Below are positions 1-12,700 of a DNA stretch of 64,000 nucleotides, piece after piece; the stretch's first letter is position 1, and each line of letters starts with the position of its first letter. The stretch is from Geosiphon pyriformis uo1 (Eukaryota; Fungi; Glomeromycota). The stretch is from the NCBI GenBank assembly GCA_016748015.1, contig JAAOMT010000483.1, positions 124,001 through 188,000 on the forward strand, read 5' to 3'. The notes under the pieces are model-generated. The model did not search any database. It was not told where the DNA came from and saw only the letters and a list, made by a program, of their open reading frames with translations. A program made the translations under genes and the position numbers.

Positions 1-1404
1 AATGCATTTTGGCATTCAGCAGTCCATTTGTATTTGACATTTTTGGTGGTAAGCTGGTTAAGAAGTTTTGTGATTTCTGAGAATCCTTTAATAAACTTCC
101 GATAGTAGGAGGCTAACCCTACGAATTCTCTTAGTTCTGTAGTGTTTTGAGGAGTTTTGAAGTTTTTAACAGTGCTGATTTTTCCAGAGTCTGGTTTGAT
201 TCTATCTTTATTAATAATATGACCAAGGAAGGCCAAGCTTGTTTTTCCAAAGTAGCATTTTTCAATGTTAAGTTTTAGTCCTGCTTTTTGTAATCATTGA
301 AAAACTTTTCACAGATGTTTTAAGTATAATTCGAACAATAGAGAATAAACATCAGTATTGTCAAGATAAATGACTATTGACTTCCAAAGGAGCCCTTGGT
401 ACACAACATCCATTAATTTCTAAAACATTGTTGATGCATTACATAATCCGAAGAGCATTACATTGAACTCGTAATTTCCACTTTGAGTGGTGAATGCTGT
501 TTTGAGGCAATCTTTGAGATCCATAGCAACTTGCCAGTAACCGCTTTCTAAATCTAGTGTTGAAAAGTATTTGGATTTTCCAAGAGCATCTAACATGTCA
601 TTAATTCGGGGAAGGAGGTAGGCATCTCCAATTGTAACATTATTAAGTTGTTGATAGTCAACACAAAATTGTATCTTTCCATTTTTCTTATTAACTAGCA
701 CTACAGATGAAGCCCAAGGACTTATGGAGAGTTGGATGAACCCATTGTTAAGCATTTGTTGTACTTCTTCTCGGATAAATTGGTGGCTTTTTGGAGCAAC
801 TCGATATGCTTGTTGTCTTCTTGGTTTGGCATCTCTTGTATAAATTTGGTGTTGGACCAAATTGGTTTTTTCTAAGTTATTGTTGTTTTCAGCAAAGATA
901 TCAGCAAATTCTGCAATTAGCTCTTTGAGCTGGTTTTGTTGTTGTGGTTCAAGTTGTCTCATGTTGATTCGAGATAGTTTTTCTATAACAACATGGTAGT
1001 TTTTAAAGCTAGGGTTTGGGTTGATTTTTGGTAGTAAATGTCTAATAATTTCTGAAAAATTGGGAACTGTCTGGAGTAGTTCTTGTTGAAAGATGTTACT
1101 GTGAATGACTCCAATTTTTAAATTATTTAATAGAACTATGGGGTAATTGTTGGAATTGTAAAAAGTAACTCAGACTTTCTTTGTTCCTTCTGGAATATAA
1201 ATGTTTGGGATTGAAATATTATGTTCCAAGCAGACTTGTTTATTGGACTCAAAAATTTGTTGTGTGGTTGTTGGCTTTGGGCAGATGTAGATTTCTGGAT
1301 GTTCTCAAAAAAGTGAGATGATAATTGGTTGTGGAAGTCTGAGAATCTGGTGGGATTTGTTTTGTGTGTTAAAAGCTATATTAACTGGAACTGTGAATCG
1401 TCCA

Positions 1405-1790
1405 GTTGAACCAAAACCTTGGGTTCCTCTATCACTTTTTCCTAATTGTTCTCTTTGATTGACTAGTTGCAAACCTGAAATGTTGATTAAAGGTAGGTAA
1501 ATAGCTTGGGCAATTTTTTCAGCATGGTCGATCTTAAATGGTTTGTCAGTTTCATTTTGAAGTATTACTGTAATGTTTCCAGTATATCTAGCATCAATTA
1601 TTCCTCCTCTGACATTAATTCTTTTGCTTGTCAGAGAAAACTGGAAGGCGATTTGAACCATTGCTCCTGGCAGGATTTCAAGTGCAATTTTGAGATTGAT
1701 TTTTGTGAGAGATTTGGGTTTGAAAACAAGAGTATTCTTGTCTGGATATTTTAGGTCATATCTAGCATCAATTTTATGTGTTTTTTCGGG
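1405..1790 (-). pseudogene. dUTPase domain inside Gypsy pol (copy 1)
   Basis: GGIIDARYTGNITVILQN, KIAQAI and RGTQGFGSTG match trimeric dUTPase motifs III-V. Confidence 0.92.
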
Positions 1791-4700
1791 TTTTATTCCT
1801 TGTCCATTGTTGTTAAAGTATTTGAGTTATAAGGCAGACTGACTTTCGATAAGATAGATGGGTGTTGTTTCAATTTCTTCTGTTGCTTCAGATTCTCCAA
1901 ATTCAATTTCGTTTTCATCGTTTTTATTGGGCAAGGGAATGCTAAGAGCATAGCATTTAGGACACCATTGCTCATTGCAGGGTATTATGCATTCTTCACA
2001 CAATTTAACGTTCATTTGCTCTAGCCGTTGAGCTTGAGCTTCTTTGGTCGGGTAAGTGTGACTGGCAATTTGGTGATATACTTCTACTTCATCTTTGTAG
2101 TTGTATCCAGCGATTTTAAAAGTGTATGCAATATATTTTGATTCTTTCATTTGACAAACATTTTCTTGAGTGGCTCCATTGATTAAAGTCATTGCTAGGT
2201 CGAAAATCATTTTAGCATCATGAGGGTAATGGTACAGTTTGTTGAGAACACTGTTATATGCTGCATTGAAGGGTGTTCCTCTTTTTATTTTTTCTGAAAT
2301 TGATAAAGCATATTGGCAGGTCTGATCGCAGACTTCTCCTCTCATTGCTACATCAATCCAATTGCATTCTTCTGGTAGCATATTTCTACAAGTCAAACAA
2401 GGGGTGTTATTCTATTTTCTGTTTCTTTTTATTAGATGGCCCCATCATTCTCTGTGGCAAGCCTTGCAGTAATAACAAGTATGATTTTCATATTCTTCTT
2501 CAGGTGAAATGCAGGCTCTCATTGAGGAGAGTTTTTTGTGGCAGTCCTTGCATTTGAGTGGAATATAGGGGCATTGTTTTCGGGGTTCTGGTTTTGAATA
2601 GGGGACATTCCATCTGGTTGTCACTGGTTCTTTTGTTTCAAAAGAATCATTTGTTGAAAAGTACTGTTGTTCAGTTTCATCGGCCCAATTGGAGGTTGAT
2701 TCAAGTGCCATAAATGTTTCGATGATGGGCTTTTCTTCTTCTGGTTCGAATTTAAAAGCTGGGGCTTTTTCGGAGCGTTTGTTGAATGTACCACAAGTGA
2801 CAGGTACCTGGGCATGTTGTCTTTAGTAAGAGATTGTTAACTCTTGTGTCTCTCAATTCAGATTAGCATTGGCTTTTTGAAGCCAATCATTTCCGATGAG
2901 AGCTTGATACTGGGACACATCTATTACAAAAACTTTGACTGGAATGATAATTCCATCAAGAGTGAACAGAAAATTGTCAATTTTTTACTGGAGTCTTTTT
3001 TATGCCATCGGCAGTAACAATTACTGTTTGAGCTGGTCGGTTGACATTTCTCTTTAACTGTTGCATTAACTGGTAGGTGATGATGCTTCCGGCGGATCTA
3101 CTGTCTAAAATCAAATGAATTGCCTTTCCTTCGACTTTTGTTTCAGTGTACATTGCAGTGATGGCTTTTTGCTCATTAGCCGCTGCATTGCTAAGCAAGA
3201 ATGGTAATTCATTTGCTTCAAATTCGAAAGGAAATATATCTGAAAGGTTGGCATTTTCAGCAATTCTGGCTGGTGGGATTGTGGTAGAAGTATAAGAAGA
3301 GTTTTGTTGTTGTGCTGCAGCTCTACCTTCCGAGAGTGCAGTATGATGAAAATTCTGTTCTTCAGATATTGTTAAATAACTGGGTTGAGTGTGATAGTGG
3401 TTGGGTCTTAGTTGAGCAGAATTTCGGAGAACCAATTAGTTGTTTGAACTGATTCTATTGTTGTTTACTTAATATCGGTTTTGTGGTGTGAATTGATTTT
3501 GTGTAATCAGTCTTCAAGCAGGTACTTGATAATGTTGTGTGGGTGGTTGTTGGTATTGCTGTTGGATTGGCTGTGGGGCGGGCTGATAATAGTTACTTTG
3601 GTATTGGGGTCTTGGTGGATAGTAAGCTGGTAGTGGTTGATAATAAAATTGCTGTGGTGGAGGGTAACATTGATTACTCTTATTTTGTTGGTCTTGCTGT
3701 AGCTTTCTGCAATTTCTTTTCCAGTGGCCAGAGATTCCAGTAATGGCAATTCTGAGGCTGGTTATTAAAAAGTGGTGCAAAGTTATTTTGATTTCGTCTT
3801 TGGGGTGGTTGATATCTTTGGGGTTGCTGTTGTTGTTGATTGGTGAAATAGTTTTCAATCTTCTTTGTGAGTTGGTCAATTTTTTCCTCAGCTGCTGAGC
3901 TGGTTTCTCCAATTGTCAAATTTACAAGTTTTGTGCAATTGGCCTCTTCTATGGCCATTTTGTATCTTTTCACATGCTGTATGGCAGAGTTTAAATCTTT
4001 TGAGGCATATGGGCAAATCTTTTTAATTAGTTTATCTTTTAGACTAGTGATGAATTGATCCAAGATTTGAGCATCAGAATAATAATCATTTGTTTCAAGT
4101 TGGTGAATTTGTCTGAGAAGTTTGTTGAATTTCTCAATATAAGTTATAACAGATTTGGAGGATTCTTGTTTGATATTGTGAAACTGATTTCGAAGGGTGA
4201 TAGAAGTATTATTGTTAGTGAACTGTTCAAGGAAGACTGCTTTGAAAGCATCCCAATTGTTGAATGGAGTGGCCAAGTTTTCAAACCATTCTCTTGCTAT
4301 TTCTTTGAGAAAGTAGGGAATTGTTCTTAACATTCTGGCAGCATTTCATCCATTTGCATTTCCAGCTTTAGTAACTTGGTTGAGCCATTCTTGGGGACTG
4401 GTCTCAATATCTTCTCCATTAAATTCAGGGATTTTTGCAATGTATGCTGTCATTTCATTTTCTTTGTTTTCACTGTCTATTGATTCTTCTTCAGTTATTT
4501 CAGAGTTATTTTCTTTATTTGCTGCTGTCTCAGAGTGTTCACTTTGATTTTCAGCTAAAAAATCAAGAAAATTGGAACTAGTTTGAAGGGGTTCTTACTA
4601 TCTGGTGGAACTTCTGAGTGATGTAAAATCTTTTGGTCTTGTAAATTGATTTAAGGGTAAATTAGGTGTTTGTGCTTGTGCAAATAAAGCTGGAAAAGGT

Positions 4701-5212
4701 GTGATGGTGAGCAGAAGTTTTGAACTGGTTTCTTGTTTAGGTGTTTGTAAGTGTTTGGCAGTTGTCTTTGGTAGTATTGGAGTATTTGGGGTGGTTTTTG
4801 AGTATTGTTTCAGTTTGTGTTTGTCTTTGTTGCTTGTTTCTGTCTCTGATTCAAAATCAATAGAGTATTGAGACTGCACTGGATATGTTTCTTCACAGTA
4901 CTTGATAATGTTAAAATTAAGTTCTTAAAAGTAAGTAGCAAGTGTTTCGCTGTTAAGGTCTTCAGTTCCCAACTGTGAATAGTGTGCTAAATTGTTATAA
5001 AGGTTGCTTCTAACTTCTGAGATATTGTAATTTCCAAAAAGATAATTGTTGATGCGGTTTTCAATGTATTGGTATACTGATTTCTTGACAACTTCAATTC
5101 CGTCTGGAATGTTAAATCTTTGCTTGCAGTGGGTGTAAATTGACTGGTAATACTCTAGAGTTGTTGTGTCTGGTGTGGTTGCCACTTTGAATTTGTTTTT
5201 GCTGTGTTGTTT

Positions 5213-5228
5213 CCATGGGAGAGCACCA
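5213..5228 (-). promoter_or_regulatory. Primer binding site of Gypsy copy 1
   Basis: TGGTGCTCTCCCATGG 2 nt after the LTR end (...GTAACA-TT-TGG). Complementary to a tRNA ending -GAGCA-CCA; Ile(UAU) or elongator Met are candidates. Confidence 0.8.
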
Positions 5229-5230
5229 AA

Positions 5231-6218
5231 TGTTACTGGAGGTTTTTGGTCTCTTTTTTTAAATGTTGTTGATGTCTGTTTGCTGTAGATTCCTGTTTTC
5301 TGGATGTGGTTGAATCTCTAATAACTGAATTTATCTTCAAATTATCTCCTATAATTTGAACTGCTGGGCTTATAAGTGGAATGGCCAATTCCGTGCCAGT
5401 TACTTTGTATAGTTACGTTATAGTAAATGTCAACTCTTTCCCAGAAATTGCTTGTCTGGAAGCTCACTAAAAATGTATAGTTACTTTGCTGTGAAAGTCA
5501 ACTCTTCTACAGGAATTCTCGTCTGTAGACTACCCAAATGATTTATAATAAGAAAAGAAAGAGAATAAAAGAAATGTAAAAGAAAAAGTAAAACTGATGA
5601 TTTATGGAAGTCATTTCAGATTCAGGCCTGGAAGTGCTTTTAACAGTCTACTGAAATTGGTAATTAGTCAATTTCAAACTGTTAGTAGGAATTGGTTAAT
5701 TTTAAGAGAAATAATTTAAGGATTTGGTTTTTCGAATTATTTGATATTTATTTTGTCTTTTATGTGTAAAAAATGATTCTAATTGTTAAATTTAAAGTAA
5801 GATATATTTTCTCGAAGAGAGACACTCTTCTTTTATACAACTTGTTGTAACACTATTCTATAAACTCAAACTTTGCTATTTTCTACAATTTCGCTAAACT
5901 AAAGATACATTTCAGTGAACTACAAGTTATTTCTGTGAACTATTAGATATTTCAGTGAACTATCAATTATTTTGGCAAATTTCTACAAATTTTGGCGAAC
6001 TTTTTGAATGTTACATAGTTCAGAATATTGCATAATTAATCATTGCAATTAGGTTACATTTGTGTCATATACAAATTGGGTTATTAATTAAATAATAATT
6101 TTGGACATTTTGTTAATATAATAAGTGATAATTTGAAATGATAATATATGTTAATTAATGATGAGAATTATAACGATAATTTCATGCTAAATAATATCTC
6201 TAATTTTGTCTGATAACA
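5231..6218 (-). repeat. 5' LTR of Gypsy copy 1 (988 bp)
   Basis: TGTTA...TAACA inverted termini. Homologous to 36433-37406, 45347-46319 and 46762-47752. Confidence 0.93.
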
Positions 6219-7130
6219 TCATGCTCGATGGGAGGCAGGCCCTAGTTGAGACATGATTCTTGTCTGGTTGGTTGAGATTATTGATTGGGATGCTACTGTT
6301 AGGGTGTAGCATTCTGATTCATATATGCTTGCTGGTTTTATTAGTCAGAGGTTTTTTTGTTTTCACACCTATTTGATAAAAGCTGTGCACCATTAGCTTC
6401 CTGTGGCAGTAAAAAAATAGCTATATAATAAATGTTATCCTGATGTGCTGTGTTTGCTGTGTTGTAAAGTGGAGTTGTCGGATCATGTTTTCACATGTTT
6501 CCATGATGTAGAGATTCAGGAGGAGATTTTGGCTGCGGCTTCTGCTAACTGAATGTCTTTAGCTGGATCTTGTAGCTCGTCGTCTTCTACTGTTTTGTGA
6601 TCTCTTGATTGGTGTTTTTTAGACGTTGGCTTGTATTCTGTCCTATGTAAGGAGTTTGTGCTAAGAGATTGGTGTACAGAGGCTATGGAGATTTTTTATA
6701 GTAAAAAGGAGGCCATTAGCACTATTATTGGTTTTGTTGGGCGTTTTGTTGAGTTGCATTACTCTAAAGCCTAATTGGTGAGATCTGTATACAGGATGAA
6801 AATGGAAGTGGCAGGTTTGGTTGGTGATAACACATTGGTTTCTGGTTTGTTTCATTGCACAAGCTCTTTGTTATCCAGCAAAGTGGTAAGAATGCTTGGT
6901 ATTATTGGCTTTTTTGCTGTTAATTTTGGCCATCGTAGGTCTTGCCTTTTTTTCTCTGATTTAGATGGTAGTCTGTATGTTGTTTTAGGTGTGTAATGTT
7001 GTCTTGTCTGGCCCGAGTGGCTAGCCACATGTAGAAAGTGTGTGAGCTGCATTTAGTTTGAGCCTTTTAGTTTGGCTCTATGTGCTAGATAGCAGTTGGA
7101 CTTCACTTGTTAATTGCAATAAAAAAAAAA
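6219..7130 (+). mobile_element. LINE copy A, 3' fragment (post-RNase H, CCHC, 3'UTR, poly-A), interrupted by Gypsy copy 1
   Basis: Translates as HARWEAGP...CLLCCKVELSDHVFTC...FFSDLDGSLYVVLGV, matching the ORF2 C-terminus of LINE D. 3'UTR resembles 57464-57578. A10 tail at 7121-7130. Confidence 0.9.
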
Positions 7131-9580
7131 TTAAATACTATTAAATATAATTTAGTTTTATTAATAATTAGTTATTTGTATAAATAATAACTTTACTTAA
7201 AATTAATCTATATTTAAAACTTTGTAATTTAATAAATATAAATAATAATAAATCATAAACTTTTATTTTTATTTTTAATTTTAATTTTAAGTTAAAAAAA
7301 TAAATTGTAATACTGTTTACTATTTTTAAAAAACTAATATTTTTAATTAAACTATTAATAAAAACAAAAATTTTATCCAAATAAACTTTTTTTAATTTAA
7401 ATTAAATAATTTTAAAACTATTAATATTAAATATTGATAACAATTTATTAATAAAATTATTTATTAAAATAAAAATATATATATATAAACCAATTAAAAA
7501 TTGTTTTTTAAAATTTAAATATTTTTAATCTTAAAATTTTTTTTAAATAAAACACCAAAATTGTTTAATAATTAATTAACAAAAAACAACTTCAAATTTT
7601 TTTAAAAATTATACAATTCTAAAATATTTAACATTAAAATAGTATTACAAAAATAAAAAACATTATTAATTAAAAATAACTTATAATTTAAAAAAACTCT
7701 TATTATATTCACCAAAAAATTATTAAATTAATAAATTCTTAATTTTATAATAAACTATAACAAATTTAAAATATTTAACTTAAAATTTACAAATCTATTT
7801 AAATAATTGTTTTAAAATACTTATAGTATTCAAAAAAACCAATTTTAAAAACATTATTCTTAATTTAAATTTTTTTAAAAAGCTTTTAAACTATTATTAT
7901 AGATAATTATATAATTAAATAATTTGTAAATTAATACTGTTTTTAATAATATAATCTGAAAATTTCTATATATTTGAAAATTTTAATAATAAAGTTTTTT
8001 GTATAATAAACAAAAATTCAAATTATAATAGCTAATAATATTTAATATCTTACTTTTTTGGCATAATAATTAATTTATTTTATTTTTTTAATAAGTGATT
8101 CAAATATTACTAAATTAATTTTATATTTATTTTTGTATTTTTTATTAAATAATTTTTAATATTATAATCTTAGTGTTTTTTTTAATTAATTAGTATAAAT
8201 AACAAAACAAAAAAAACAATAAATTTAAAAATTAATATTTTATTAATAACTATAAATAAAAATTATTATTTTAATATTGAATAAATGTTATTAGTATTTA
8301 TAATAAATAATAATTTAAGTATTAAAGTAAATAATTTAAACAAAATAAATAATAATTTATATATTTAAATAATAAATATTTTGTTTATAATTTTATTAAA
8401 AAAAATTGATTTTAAATATTAAATTTTTATTTATTAAAGTTATTTTGTAAAAATTAGATAAAATATATTGTTATTTTTTTGTTTTTAATATTATTATTAC
8501 ATATATATTAGATTTTTGAAATTTTAATAATTTTTATTTTTTTTGAATTATTATTAAAATTTTTAGAATTTTTTTTGGTATTTTTGGAATTTTTAATATT
8601 ATATTATTTAATAATTTTTAATATATAATTAAATTAATACTATATTTAATTATTAATTATTATTTTTTTATTTTATAAATAACATTAAATAAAAAAAAAT
8701 TTTTAAAAAATTTTAAACAAATTGGCTTTATATTTTAATTTAATCAAATAAATACATTTTTTATAAACATGTTTTAATACAAAATTAAACCAAATTTTAT
8801 AATTAATAATAAACTACAAAATAAATAAGATTAAATAAAAAAACTATTTTTTTATAATAAAAAATACTTTTGTATTTTCTTTTTTTTAATAATTAAAATT
8901 AAAAAATTATTTATATTTAAAATTTTTTTAATTTGTTTATTAATAAAAAATAATTACTGTTTTACTATTATTAATCAATATATTTTTAATTTTAAAAAAA
9001 TTATTAATAATATTTAAAATATATTAAATAATAGTCTATTTATTTTTAATTAAAATTATGTTATTAATAAATACACTAGTTATTAAATAAAAAATTAAAT
9101 CAGTTTAAATCTTAATTTTATCAATTTTAATAACAAACTTAATATTAATTCTTTATTTATACAAACTTTTATGTTTTTTCTTATATACAAAAAATAATTA
9201 TAAAAATTTTTTTAAAACAGCAAAAAAAAACATTTTTAATTTAAATTATTGTTATAAAACTATTTTTTTAATATATTTAATACTAATAGTTTAAACTATA
9301 ATTAATTTTTTATAAGTTTTTTATTTCTGATTATATAATATTGTTAATATTATAATAAAATTTTTTTATTAAAATTATTATATAAGTTTTTTTTTTAATT
9401 TTTATTGTATTATATATAATATTTTTTTTTAAAAAATTAATTCTGAATTTTATTTGTTGTTGTTTAAAGTATTTTTTTATTTAAAAACACAAAATATCAA
9501 TATTTTTTTTAAATAAAACAATTAATAATATAAACAATTTTAATTTAAAATAATTTTTTTAATAATAAGTACATAATAAT
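7131..9580. other. Extremely AT-rich desert, probably a hyper-mutated TE relic
   Basis: Almost no G/C, no credible ORF, lies between two LINE 3' ends. Confidence 0.6.
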
Positions 9581-9721
9581 TTTTTTATTTTTTATTTTTT
9601 TATTTTTAATGAGTGAAGTCCAAATGCGACCTAGTGCTATACATCATACAAATGATCTAAACTAGGTGCGAATCATGTGCTTTCTACACGTGACCAGCCA
9701 CTCGGGCCAGTCAGGACTACA

Positions 9722-12700
9722 CTATACACCTATATGCACAGAAACTGGATCTCTAATACCTGAAAAAAATGGACAAAACTTACAAAGCCTGAAACCAACT
9801 CCAAAAGCCTCAGCCACCTCCAGCAATCTGACCACACCAGCCGAAAACACCATAGGCAAACCAGAAACTGAAGCAAAAGCGGAGCCATCATGTGGAATCA
9901 AACTGTGCTTTTCCATAAATGCTCGGTGTCTGGCCCGGACCAACCAAACATCATCCCGAAATGCTAAACAAAACTCACGCACAAAGCTCACAATCCTCTT
10001 AGTACCCTCCTTAGAATATTTGAAGACTGAGACAAACTCACGAAACCATTTATTGAAAACAAAGCCCTTACACAGAGCAACACCAACTTCAACCTCAGAA
10101 ACACAAGAAGCCAAGGCCTGTAAGACACATGAAGAAGAGCAAGAAAGACCAGAAAGAGCCTCCCAAGCTGAAGCATGTGTGTCTAACAAATGAGCACAGC
10201 CAATGGCATCCTAAGGACACGAAAAGACATGATCCGAGGTCTCAACGTTACCACAAAACAGACAGACCACACTGGAGTATCTCCTATCATATAAATGCTT
10301 GCGCACAGCAACAGAAAGCCGATGATGGAGAGCCTTCATAAAGTAAGTATGATAGCCTGCCGTGCGCATGCTGGTAAAACTGGATGCCAAGTGAGAATTA
10401 GGGTGCCACACCATAGAAGACTTAGACCAATTGATATCAGCACACAAACTATTATCCACAACACGAAAACTCACACCAATCTCCCAACGAGCTCGATGAA
10501 CTGACTGGAAAACATCACGAACAAAGTGTCTAGAATTACCAGAAACTGCCATACCACCAGCACATAGAAAACATTCACTGACTAAATGAGGTAGGCGCCA
10601 AGCAGAGAGAGCAGCACCTTTGGCAAGCGCATTAGCATGCTCATTACCTGAGACACCTGAATGACCTTTTACCTTAACCCAGTTCACATCCAAATTCTTT
10701 TGATGAATGACGGTGGCAATGTGACGACGCTCGATTCAACAGCAGTTCCTGAAATCTGGACGAACCAGCGAAAACTCCGACCTACATGCATCCAAAGCAG
10801 TCTGGCTATCTGAGAACAAGTCAATCAAACGAGAAAAAGGAACACACTCAAGGGCCAAAGCTATGGCTTGCAGTTCTGTCAGAGTAGAAGAAACCAAACC
10901 AAACACCCCAACACCCAAACCCAAGTTAATGTCCTCAAAAAAAACGGCAGCACCTGCTCTCATGTCAACAGTGCCCAGACCAGAAAGAGATCCATTCGTA
11001 TACACAGAAAGGCGGACAGCATCAACAGTCAGCAAAGTGTTACAAATCACACCAAAATCATGAGAAAGATGAACATCAGACACAGCATGACCATCCACCA
11101 AAGAAGAACTTGAGGAGAGAAGCACAATGCTACCAAGAAAGCGAACGGAAAGTTTAAACCAGAAAGAGACTGGGCCACAAGGGTCCAGCTTTTTTCAACG
11201 CTTAAAGGTCCCCCAACTGAAAACATCACCATTACAGTCACGAAGCTGTTTCATGAAAGCAATTCTATAACACCTGAGCGAAGAGATGCACTTGAAAAAA
11301 CAGGATTCACCAAGAACCAAAGACATAAGAGTACTGTACCAACAACGAAAAGCACAAGCTAGAGGGCCACCCAAAGACAAATCACACCCAGAAAAAATGT
11401 GAACCACACCCGCCAAAAAATTATCTGAGGAACTGATACCAACACGAGCCGGAAACAGTAAGGGATGATGAGGATGCCAGCTGAGAACCTGGAGGTCATG
11501 AGACTTATGAAAAAACAAGTGACCCAAGACACTAGTAGAATTTGCAAAAGCAACAATGGAGGCCAATTTACTCTCAGCCTGGATCTGTTCGAAAGTTTTT
11601 AAATTGTACAAAGAGGGGTGATGAAGTGCATCACTAGGGAAATCATATGACAATCCAGACTTGAACTTTAAGACCTTGCATACCAAAGCATCCCATTTAC
11701 TACAAACACTAACAGAAATGAAACTGAACTGAGTCCTGTAGCTGATGATAGGGAAAAGAACTGCAGACACCAAATATGTACACTGTTTGTCTGAAATCGC
11801 CTTTCTCAAAACAAGATTCACAAAAAACCATACATCAGCTTGAGTTTTAGCCAAGCTAGGCTTCGAAAGACCTTTAGAAGACAAAAAAATACCCAAATAG
11901 TGATAAGATTCTCCTCTCTTGGCAATGGAAATAGGCGCACCACTGATAGTTAAATGAGGATCCAGCACCCGGCAATTGATGAGAATGGCCACCATTTTGT
12001 TATTGTTTACAGAAATATTGTTAAACCTAAAAAACTCACTAGCAACATCAAGGATGCATTGTGTAGCAGCCTGGCTGCTACCAACCCATATAGTATCATC
12101 AACAAAAGCACCAGCAGCAAGAAACGAAGACAGCCCATCTTGAGGATCCACCCGGCCAGTTCTTGATATGAAATAAGAATTCAACCTGTAGCCATACACA
12201 CTATCCTGTCTCTTGACCTCACACAAAAGTGAATCATAAAAAATACGCCAGAGAAGAGGTGAGAAGACTTCTCCCTGATCCAGCTCATCGTGGACATAAT
12301 ACCCATCAGTCAAGCCAAAGTCAGTCATCACTCTGTTGACGTGACCATTGTAAATACTGCCAAAAAATCTAATAAACCTGTCACACATTTTGATCCTGAC
12401 TAGACTCCTCCTAAGATGTTCCCAACCAACCGAGTCATAAGCCTTGCGCATGTCCTGTAAAACCAGCCAAAGTTCATGGTTCTTCTCCAAGGCATCCTCA
12501 ACCACAGAACCAATAGCAAAAATGGGAGATTGCGTCGTCATACCCTTCAAAACCGAAAAATTGTCCCCACGAAGAACATCAAAAGTGCTGTAAGCCAGAG
12601 AGATCCTATTTGAAAAGATTTTAAAGAGAATCTTGTGGGCCGTTTCAATTAAAGCTATAGGACAGGTGTTCATGAGAACTCCTTCCCATTCATATGGTTT

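Larger units (their letters stand above)
1..5390 (-). pseudogene. gag-pol (Gag, CCHC, PR, Cys-rich insert, dUTPase, RT) with many stops and frameshifts
   Basis: ORF fragments 4925-5185, 4598-4879, 3680-4333, 2977-3435, 2445-2711, 1827-2396, 1305-1661 and 420-962 each match the corresponding fragments of copy 2. Confidence 0.92.
1..6218 (-). mobile_element. Ty3/Gypsy LTR retrotransposon copy 1 (degenerate; 3' part runs off the window start)
   Basis: Fragmented minus-strand ORFs in the order gag (WFENLATPFNNWDAFKAVFLEQF), Zn knuckle, protease (LILDSRSAGS), Cys-rich domain, dUTPase (RGTQGFGSTG), RT (FCVDY..LN, YFSTLDLESGYWQV, KTAFTT). 5' LTR at 5231-6218. Colinear with the element at 36433-46319. 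Confidence 0.95.

Noticed and set aside
5905-6002. CRISPR-like array of short repeats
   Set aside because: Degenerate ~20-bp tandem units without unique spacers, inside a eukaryotic LTR, with no cas genes.
7168-7380. Ile/Lys/Asn/Phe-rich ORFs in AT deserts (also 50046-50243, 56961-57248), or mitochondrial/endosymbiont insertions
   Set aside because: Compositional artefacts with no recognisable organellar or bacterial protein motifs.
9660-9720. Hammerhead ribozyme or genuine tRNA gene in the LINE 3'UTR
   Set aside because: No CUGANGA core conserved across copies and no proper T-arm or cloverleaf. Kept only as a structured, tRNA-reminiscent element.
9666-10193. Long antisense ORFs over LINEs (e.g. 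9666-10193, 35899-36297, 59015-59431)
   Set aside because: Expected shadows: the A/C-rich opposite strand is poor in stop codons, boundaries are not conserved, and no domains are recognisable.
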